Source of the DNA: a virus
Length of the DNA stretch: 6,835 nt
Direction: 5' to 3' (one strand)
IMG/VR virus record: IMGVR_UViG_3300011894_000040
Location: 1-6,835 of that record
The notes beneath the pieces are model-generated. The model searched no databases and was not told the origin of the DNA. It worked only from the letters and a program-made list of their open reading frames with translations. The position numbers and the translations under genes are program-made. Positions 1 through 3,855 of the stretch are shown here, in pieces; the stretch's first letter is position 1, and every line of letters starts with the position of its first letter.

Positions 1-77
1 AGATCAATTGTCTACTTCTAAAAAAACTGATACTGCACAGCCTCAGAATGCTAATCTTGATAACAAAGTTAAATTAG
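1..77. repeat. Terminal overlap, left copy (identical to 6759-6835); signature of a circular assembly
   Basis: Base-by-base reading shows agatcaattgtctacttctaaaaaaactgatactgcacagcctcagaatgctaatcttgataacaaagttaaattag at both ends. The reading frame of gI is continuous across the junction. Confidence 0.95.
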
Positions 78-547
78 ATGTTATACCGAAGGTATCCGAA
101 GAGGATTGCAGAAAAGGTGTAAATGTTCAAAAACCTGAATGTGTTGAATACTTTAACCGTCTAACTAAAAATGGTGAGTCTGTTGGTGTTGCTGTACAAC
201 AAGTAAGCTATGATCCGTCTAAGCCTTTTGAATCAGCCGAAAAGATACAAGAAACGGTTTCATATCAGGTTACTGCAAAGCCTGTATTGTCTGGTTGTAT
301 GACCGATCGTCACGGTAAGTTAGTTGGATATACTCAACAAGGTACAATTATTCATGGCCTCAATCAGTCCGATTGCAAACGTATAATTAAAGGAGATCGT
401 CCGTTTAATTACTTTGCTCAGCAGTCTGTACAACAACCTGTACAGCAAGCAGTTCAACAAGTTGCCACTAATCAGTCCTATCAGGCTAATAACTATGTTC
501 AGGAAGGCCTAGAACGTAATCCAGTGAATGGCGCGAACCAATTATGA
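1..547 (+). CDS. gI: Gene I (Zot/pI-like assembly protein), C-terminal part: continuation of the CDS that starts at 6091 (unique part 78-547, stop TGA 545-547)
   Basis: The frame of track ORF 8-547 equals the frame of 6091 after adding 6758. The TTG at 8 is internal, not a start. This part lies after the TM segment (6673-6738), so it is predicted periplasmic. It has 4 Cys and a [S/P/A]VQQ x3 repeat (12-nt units at 428-463). Confidence 0.85.
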   Translation, partial: DQLSTSKKTDTAQPQNANLDNKVKLDVIPKVSEEDCRKGVNVQKPECVEYFNRLTKNGESVGVAVQQVSYDPSKPFESAEKIQETVSYQVTAKPVLSGCMTDRHGKLVGYTQQGTIIHGLNQSDCKRIIKGDRPFNYFAQQSVQQPVQQAVQQVATNQSYQANNYVQEGLERNPVNGANQL

Positions 548-571
548 ATTTCTTCCCTCTGATCACAAAAT

Positions 572-692
572 CCGTCTCTTCGATGTGACGTTGCGTCTTA
601 AAGAAGTGTCTTCAGGGGAATTGAGACACATCGAGACAGTCTATTGATTTACCGTATAATATGAGTGTCTCAAGGCGTAGTCTAGACACTTC
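572..692. promoter_or_regulatory. Array of GTCT/AGAC-based motifs (candidate operator or iteron cluster)
   Basis: GTCTC 574, GTCTT 595, GTGTCTT 605, GAGACAC 623, GAGACAG 633, GTCTA 639, GTGTCTC 665, GTCTAGAC 680-687 (perfect palindrome), AGACAGTCT 634-642 (palindrome). The longer form TTGAGACAC / GTGTCTCAA recurs at 621-629, 665-673 and 883-891. About 10 copies in 120 bp, against roughly 1 expected by chance. Confidence 0.5.
633..660 (+). promoter_or_regulatory. Candidate sigma70 promoter: -35 GAGACA (633-638), 16-nt spacer, -10 TATAAT (655-660)
   Basis: Perfect -10 hexamer, 4/6 -35 at correct spacing. The -35 is embedded in the GAGACA motif array. It would transcribe the 664-892 element and the ORF at 912. 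Confidence 0.45.
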
Positions 693-892
693 GACATGAT
701 GATATGTGAACGTTCAGAATGTTTACTGGAGTTTGGAAGGAAAACGTGATTGCAGCGGTGCCGTAAGCGAGCACGACGCACATGCATAGTGTCGTAGGCA
801 CCGCAAAAGGTAAGTGGCTGTAAAATGGATAGGAAATTTCTGAAGGTAGAGAGCTTATCACTTAAGATGTGTTTATCTCGCCTTGAGACACT
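664..892 (+). other. About 230-nt structured element closed by a perfect 14-bp inverted repeat (ssDNA structure or RNA leader)
   Basis: AGTGTCTCAAGGCG (664-677) is the exact reverse complement of CGCCTTGAGACACT (879-892). An internal hairpin pairs GCGGTGCC (755-762) with GGCACCGC (797-804), with an inner stem ACGAC/GTCGT and an ATGCAT loop. No convincing ORF inside (only 12- and 17-codon fragments). Confidence 0.55.
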
Positions 893-911
893 TAAAAATA
901 AGGGGTATTTG

Positions 912-1052
912 ATGGCTGTTTGGCAATTTGTTAAAGATAACTTTGGGACTTTTTGGTTTCTTTTTATGGGCATCTTCTTTTTAGTAAGAACGTTTTTTTG
1001 GCTTATTCGTCAGCTTCGATACCAAAAACATGATGATCAATATATCCCTTGA
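912..1052 (+). CDS. Small hydrophobic membrane protein, 46 aa (MAVWQFVKDNFGTFWFLFMGIFFLVRTFFWLIRQLRYQKHDDQYIP)
   Basis: In frame with track ORF 825-1052. I prefer the ATG at 912 because of the SD AGGGG (901-905) 6 nt upstream. It has one Phe/Trp-rich TM segment followed by basic residues. The ATG at 825 is an alternative start with no visible SD. Confidence 0.5.
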   Translation: MAVWQFVKDNFGTFWFLFMGIFFLVRTFFWLIRQLRYQKHDDQYIP

Positions 1053-1159
1053 TTGGCATTTTATTACATCTCGAGTCAAGCCGGTGAGCTCGCCCTGGAA
1101 TCAAAAAAATGAATAAAATCAACACTTATGATTTTTTATAGATTGGCAAAATATTACAT
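1051..1159 (+). repeat. Pair of 19-bp direct repeats GATTGGCA-nnnT-ATTACAT (1051-1069 and 1141-1159), 90 bp apart
   Basis: gattggcattttattacat versus gattggcaaaatattacat, 16/19 identical, differing only in a central ttt/aaa. Confidence 0.6.
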
Positions 1160-1176
1160 TTAATTACCCTTTTGAA

Positions 1177-1233
1177 GCTGAAATGATTTTATGAAAAACT
1201 GAAATTTTTCATAAAATTTTCAGCACATTTTTT
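1177..1233 (+). other. AT-rich imperfect hairpin followed by a T-run (terminator, packaging signal or minus-strand origin candidate)
   Basis: GCTGAAA (1177-1183) pairs with TTTCAGC (1218-1224). TTTTATGAAAAA (1187-1198) pairs with TTTTTCATAAAA (1205-1216). Loop is ctgaaa and the T6 run is at 1228-1233. Confidence 0.45.
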
Positions 1234-1242
1234 AGCGTCTGA

Positions 1243-1344
1243 AAGTTCGCATAATGTGATGCACAGATTATGTTACTAAGCCCCAGTGAGAAAATTACGA
1301 AGTCTCACGGGGCTTTTTAACATCAATCTGCATTATGCGAATTT
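1243..1344 (+). other. About 100-nt forked hairpin with dif-like arms: candidate ssDNA attP for XerCD (CTXphi-type)
   Basis: Paired blocks are 1246-1256/1331-1341 (TTCGCATAATG, 11 bp), 1264-1269/1325-1330, 1270-1275/1318-1323, 1278-1284/1309-1315 and 1286-1291/1303-1308. There is a 7-nt bulge TGATGCA (1257-1263). The top strand reads TTCGCATAA-n13-TTATGTTAC. The complement of the bottom strand reads TTCGCATAA-TGCAGA-TTGATGTTAAA. Confidence 0.6.
1278..1318 (+). terminator. Rho-independent terminator candidate (apical part of the forked hairpin)
   Basis: AAGCCCC-A-GTGAGA / TCTCAC-GGGGCTT stem, 11-nt loop, then TTTTT (1314-1318). Lies downstream of the ORF at 912-1052. Confidence 0.45.
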
Positions 1345-1350
1345 GAAAGG

Positions 1351-1400
1351 TTGGGGGAGTCCACGTCTTCTAATGGTGGACTCTAGTCCGAAATTTCGGA
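1351..1400 (+). other. Plus-strand (rolling-circle) origin core with predicted gpII nick site between T1371 and A1372
   Basis: TTGGGGGAGTCCACGTCTTCTAATGGTGGACTCTAGTCCGAAATTTCGGA aligns almost base for base with the f1/M13 origin TTGGAGTCCACGTTCTTTAATAGTGGACTCTTGTTCCAAACTGGAACA (recalled from memory). The hairpin pairs GAGTCCAC (1357-1364) with GTGGACTC (1376-1383). It is followed by the perfect 14-bp palindrome TCCGAAATTTCGGA (1387-1400), in the position of the f1 TGTTCCA/TGGAACA repeat. Confidence 0.85.
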
Positions 1401-1404
1401 ATTT

Positions 1405-1617
1405 TTATAGATCTTTTGCGTTTCTTACAACTACTTTTCCATGTGCTGATATCTCAACATTTTCTATAGCTTGATCAAGGATGATGTGTACAAGCTCACT
1501 ATCCTTGATCGGCTGTAGATTTTTATTGATCAGAATTTTATTGAGCTCTACACACTTCTTTCGTAGAGATTCTTGCTCTTTGTCATTTAAACGAACTGTT
1601 ACTGCCATTTTCGTCAC
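1405..1617 (-). CDS. Ribbon-helix-helix (CopG/Arc-like) transcriptional regulator candidate, 67-70 aa
   Basis: This is the only convincing minus-strand ORF. AVTVRLNDKEQESLRKKCVEL fits beta-strand plus helix A, and DSELVHIILDQAIEN fits helix B of RHH proteins. The track start at 1617 is GTG; the ATG at 1608 (MAVTVRL...) is equally plausible. It is divergent from gII, as repressors of temperate inoviruses are. Confidence 0.5.
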   Translation of the reverse strand: MTKMAVTVRLNDKEQESLRKKCVELNKILINKNLQPIKDSELVHIILDQAIENVEISAHGKVVVRNAKDL

Positions 1618-1737
1618 ATTTTCGGGTTATTAACTTGCATACAATATTACTTGTATATCTGTTATATGTGCTTGCTATTCATGTGTAATTGTATTAAATT
1701 CCGCTTAATGTTATTTGTATACATGCGTAATTAGCCC
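1618..1737. promoter_or_regulatory. Divergent control region between the RHH gene and gII
   Basis: AT-rich. It contains the inverted repeat ATACAA-n6-TTGTAT (1639-1656) and the TGTATACA palindrome (1716-1723). A minus-strand promoter candidate has -35 TTACAC (complement of 1683-1688) and -10 TATAAC (complement of 1661-1666) with a 16-nt spacer. A plus-strand candidate has TTGCTA (1672-1677) and TTAAAT (1694-1699). All are weak calls. Confidence 0.3.
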
Positions 1738-2961
1738 ATGCTAGATCATATTTGCATAAATGCGCCTTTTGAATCCAGCTTCTACTCAGTAGATGCGGAA
1801 GGGCGTTATTTTTTTGTAGATATCGATCTTCACAGTATAGAAATACCGCTTGCTTCTCGTTCTGTTCATAAGAATGACGATGGTTCAATTTCTGCTGCTG
1901 CGTTATTCCATCCGTTTGAGTCGGTTCCGACTCATTACACTGGTATGGCAATGAAAGTTTTTTTTGATTCTTCGTATGAACCTTTTGTACAGATCAAGGC
2001 TTCTCCTGCGAAATTGCTGCAAGGGCATAATGTCTTTGGCAGCGACAACATAGAGCAGGGTGCTATGGAAATGATCGGCTTCTTACATGAAGCTTATCCG
2101 CTTCTTGCAAGGATGCTAGATTGGCCTCGTGCATGGGTTTCACATATTGATGTGACTTACTCAGTACGATTGAAAGACCAGAACACAGCTAAAAAAGTTT
2201 TGGATTTCTTGAGCAATGTCAGCAATGGCCAGACTCGTTTAAGTAACAAGCGTTTCGACAGTTCAGTATATTGGGGAGGTCAGACTTCAAGACTTGTGAA
2301 TCACAAGTGTTATATGAAGCATGACGAATTTATCGCTCAATTTGAGGAGTATAAGCAACTTGCAAAGAAGAACGATAAAGCAGCTCAACGAGTTGTTGAT
2401 GTCATGTCCAATTCGGATCTGATTAACTGGACTGTCGGTCTTTTACGTTTTGAATCACGTTTAAAAAAACGTTGGCTTGAACGTAATGGAATTCCTACCA
2501 ATCTCTTTGATTTAATTAAGTTTCAACGTTCCAATCCAAATTTACTTCAAACACTCTGGACTAAAGCTACTCATAGCATTTTTGATGCCTTACGAGGTCA
2601 AACTATGAAATTAACAGACGATACTAGTGTTCTTGAAGCTATCCAACGATCTGATGTTGTTTTAACCAAATCTGGTAAAGCTTCCCCAACTAAAGTACGT
2701 AATTTATTTGCCATGTATTGTCTTATCCGCGAAAAGGGATTTGATGAAGTTAAAACGACTTATGGCAAGTCTCAATTTCACAATCTAATAGCCCAGTTAT
2801 GTGCTGTACAAGGTCTTAATAAAGGTATCTTGCAGAACTTACATACAGGCAATGCCAACAATATTATTCCGTTTATTAAGTTCGTAGACATAGATTTCAA
2901 TCAACAATTGCCAGATTGGTACGAAGAGCCAGTTTCGCAGTTCAACTACAAAATTGCATAG
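1738..2961 (+). CDS. gII: Replication initiation endonuclease gpII (Ff-type rolling-circle initiator), 407 aa
   Basis: Collinear blocks match M13 gpII as recalled. HPFESVPTHYTGMAMKVF / VQIKASPAKLLQGHNVFG matches HPFESLPTHYSGIAFKIY / VEIKASPAKVLQGHNVFG. LSNVSNGQT matches LRNVSNGQT, and GLLRFESRLKKRWL matches GLVRFEARIKTRYL. NIIPFIKFVDIDFNQQLPDWYEEPV matches NVVPLVRFINVDFSSQRPDWYNEPV, and both proteins end in KIA. Tyr192 (tat 2311-2313, in CYMKH) aligns with M13 Tyr197 (AYLKH). Confidence 0.95.
   Translation: MLDHICINAPFESSFYSVDAEGRYFFVDIDLHSIEIPLASRSVHKNDDGSISAAALFHPFESVPTHYTGMAMKVFFDSSYEPFVQIKASPAKLLQGHNVFGSDNIEQGAMEMIGFLHEAYPLLARMLDWPRAWVSHIDVTYSVRLKDQNTAKKVLDFLSNVSNGQTRLSNKRFDSSVYWGGQTSRLVNHKCYMKHDEFIAQFEEYKQLAKKNDKAAQRVVDVMSNSDLINWTVGLLRFESRLKKRWLERNGIPTNLFDLIKFQRSNPNLLQTLWTKATHSIFDALRGQTMKLTDDTSVLEAIQRSDVVLTKSGKASPTKVRNLFAMYCLIREKGFDEVKTTYGKSQFHNLIAQLCAVQGLNKGILQNLHTGNANNIIPFIKFVDIDFNQQLPDWYEEPVSQFNYKIA
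2605..2961 (+). CDS. gX: gpX equivalent: in-frame internal translation product of gII, 118 aa
   Basis: The ATG at 2605 (Met290 of gpII) sits at the position homologous to the M13 gX start (MKLTDDTSVLEAIQ versus MNIYDDSAVLDAIQ). It is preceded by GAGG (2594-2597) with 7-nt spacing. Confidence 0.7.
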   Translation: MKLTDDTSVLEAIQRSDVVLTKSGKASPTKVRNLFAMYCLIREKGFDEVKTTYGKSQFHNLIAQLCAVQGLNKGILQNLHTGNANNIIPFIKFVDIDFNQQLPDWYEEPVSQFNYKIA

Positions 2962-2969
2962 GTGAGCAA

Positions 2970-3305
2970 ATGAACAATTCACAACATCCGATTATGACAG
3001 TTACAGGCATCCGTAAAGCTGCTGGCGACTTTCAGGACGATAAAGGCAAAACAATCGAGTTCTCAAACACGGTTGTAACTGTATTACAGAATTACTCTGA
3101 GCGTGAGCTTGAACAAGGTGCAATCGGATTCAAATCTACCGATTACAAAATCAAAGGCGCTCAGTTCTTTAATGATTACATGCATCAGAAGCTACCAGCC
3201 GAGGCTGCAATGATCTTTGATTGGGATTTCACGGGCAAACAGCCAAAGGCTGTGTTGGTTGCGCTAGATTTCAATGCGAAGAAACAGGAAGTTAAACCTC
3301 TATGA
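2970..3305 (+). CDS. ssDNA-binding protein candidate (gV position), 111 aa
   Basis: SD AGGTGA (2960-2965) precedes the ATG at 2970; the upstream part of track ORF 2916 overlaps the gII end and is discounted. It lies immediately after gII/gX as in Ff. The motif DKGKTIEFSNT resembles the QGKPYSLNE (M13 gpV) and KGNPYTFQE (Pf3 SSB) DNA-binding wing as recalled. Similarity is weak, so the call is mainly positional. Confidence 0.55.
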   Translation: MNNSQHPIMTVTGIRKAAGDFQDDKGKTIEFSNTVVTVLQNYSERELEQGAIGFKSTDYKIKGAQFFNDYMHQKLPAEAAMIFDWDFTGKQPKAVLVALDFNAKKQEVKPL

Positions 3306-3457
3306 TCAACATAAATCATTTTCAATCAGTTGTTTGCGCGGATTGTGGCGTTAAGTTTAAACCAGCATCACGATATTTAGAGTTGGGTGCTCACAAACCA
3401 CATTGCACACAAATAAGAGAAGAAACGGAAGAAAAACCTGTACAAACAAAGGCATAA
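3302..3457 (+). CDS. Small CxxC...HxxxC zinc-finger-like protein A, 51 aa (MININHFQSVVCADCGVKFKPASRYLELGAHKPHCTQIREETEEKPVQTKA)
   Basis: Not in the ORF track (too short). The ATG at 3302 overlaps the gV-like stop (ATGA coupling), and AGGAAG lies at 3286-3291. It has a CxxC-x15-HxxxC motif and an acidic/basic tail. It is paralogous in pattern to the ORF at 3514. Confidence 0.5.
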   Translation: MININHFQSVVCADCGVKFKPASRYLELGAHKPHCTQIREETEEKPVQTKA

Positions 3458-3464
3458 ATATACC

Positions 3465-3492
3465 GTTTCGCATAATGTATAATATGTTAAAA
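3465..3492 (+). other. Near-canonical 28-bp dif-like XerC/XerD site (GTTTCGCATAA-TGTATA-ATATGTTAAAA)
   Basis: 24/28 identical to E. coli dif GGTGCGCATAA-TGTATA-TTATGTTAAAT (9/11 XerC arm, 6/6 central, 9/11 XerD arm). The XerC arm plus first central bases (TTCGCATAATGT) are identical to 1246-1257. The same bases also contain TGTATAAT (3476-3483), an extended -10. Confidence 0.75.
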
Positions 3493-3513
3493 ATCAACAA
3501 CTTAGGTGATTTT

Positions 3514-3627
3514 ATGATTAAAAAGATAACACCAATGATGGGGGATAATCAAGTGGAATGTCCTAAATGTTATTCGTATTTTCACCGCAAATATTTGGCT
3601 TTTCACATGTCTAAGTGTGAAGGCTAA
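3514..3627 (+). CDS. Small CxxC...HxxxC zinc-finger-like protein B, 37 aa (MIKKITPMMGDNQVECPKCYSYFHRKYLAFHMSKCEG)
   Basis: SD AGGTGA (3504-3509) precedes the ATG at 3514. The upstream part of track ORF 3403 starts at TTG and reads through the dif-like site, so it is discounted. It has a CxxC-x11-HxxxC motif and shares V.C..C...F...(R/K)YL...H...C with protein A. Confidence 0.5.
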   Translation: MIKKITPMMGDNQVECPKCYSYFHRKYLAFHMSKCEG

Positions 3628-3636
3628 CTGGGGATT

Positions 3637-3852
3637 ATGAGTATGCAGATTGATGATTGCACAGCAACAACGGTAATCAATGGGGTCAATTACTGCGTAC
3701 TCGTCATACATCAACAAAGCTGGCTAGACGAACTCAACAATTTAACAGTTGTCCAAGTTGGTCTATTACTGTCTAGCACAGCGTTGATTTGGTACGTTGC
3801 TTGGGGCATACGTGCTGCTTTAGACCTACTTGGACATGATCATGAGGATTAA
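3637..3852 (+). CDS. Membrane protein sharing the major coat protein's C-terminal motif, 69-71 aa; candidate minor or cap coat protein
   Basis: It has a C-terminal TM (VVQVGLLLSSTALIWYVAWGI). YVAWGIRAALDLL (3793-3831) matches YVGWGIRRALSLL of gVIII (4075-4113) at 10/13 residues. There is no signal peptide and the tail is acidic (GHDHED). The ATG at 3643 has better spacing to GGGGA (3630-3634) than the ATG at 3637. Confidence 0.6.
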   Translation: MSMQIDDCTATTVINGVNYCVLVIHQQSWLDELNNLTVVQVGLLLSSTALIWYVAWGIRAALDLLGHDHED

Positions 3853-3855
3853 CAC

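Noticed and set aside
1-77. Terminal direct repeats as attL/attR or LTR-like ends of an integrated element
   Set aside because: The repeat lies inside the gI coding sequence and restores an uninterrupted frame when circularised. There is no flanking host DNA. The exact 77-bp length fits an assembler overlap.
8-547. Track ORF called as an independent 179-aa protein starting at TTG 8
   Set aside because: It is the in-frame continuation of gI across the circular junction. I also looked for a gXI-like internal start before the TM segment and found no ATG or GTG with an SD there, so no gXI is claimed.
544-588. 14-codon ORF (MNFFPLITKSVSSM) overlapping the gI stop
   Set aside because: It is too short, has no SD and no distinctive composition.
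664-892. Retron-like msr/msd (inverted repeats flanking a structured non-coding region)
   Set aside because: There is no reverse transcriptase gene anywhere in the 6.76-kb circle, and I could not identify the conserved branching-G context. The inverted repeat is better explained as a phage ssDNA structure or an mRNA leader.
641-973. 110-aa minus-strand ORF across the accessory region
   Set aside because: It has no usable SD (AGAAG abuts the ATG). It runs antisense through the hairpins, the 14-bp inverted repeat and the start of the hydrophobic ORF. It is Arg/His/Ser/Leu-rich with no recognisable motif. It is most likely a chance ORF, though a basic DNA-binding protein cannot be fully excluded without homology data.
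1286-1474. 62-aa plus-strand ORF
   Set aside because: It reads straight through the attP-like hairpin, the origin nick hairpin and the antisense of the RHH gene. Structured DNA explains the sequence better.
1694-1951. 85-aa minus-strand ORF
   Set aside because: It is antisense to the well-supported N-terminus of gII and shows no signals of its own.
3476-3483. TGTATAAT read purely as an extended -10 promoter for the coat operon
   Set aside because: It is not rejected as a promoter, only as the sole explanation. The surrounding 28 bp match dif far too well (24/28), and no good -35 is present. It is kept as a secondary reading in the dif-site finding.
3502-3717. 71-aa minus-strand ORF
   Set aside because: It is antisense to zinc-finger ORF B and the coat paralogue, has Cys/His-rich odd composition and no SD.
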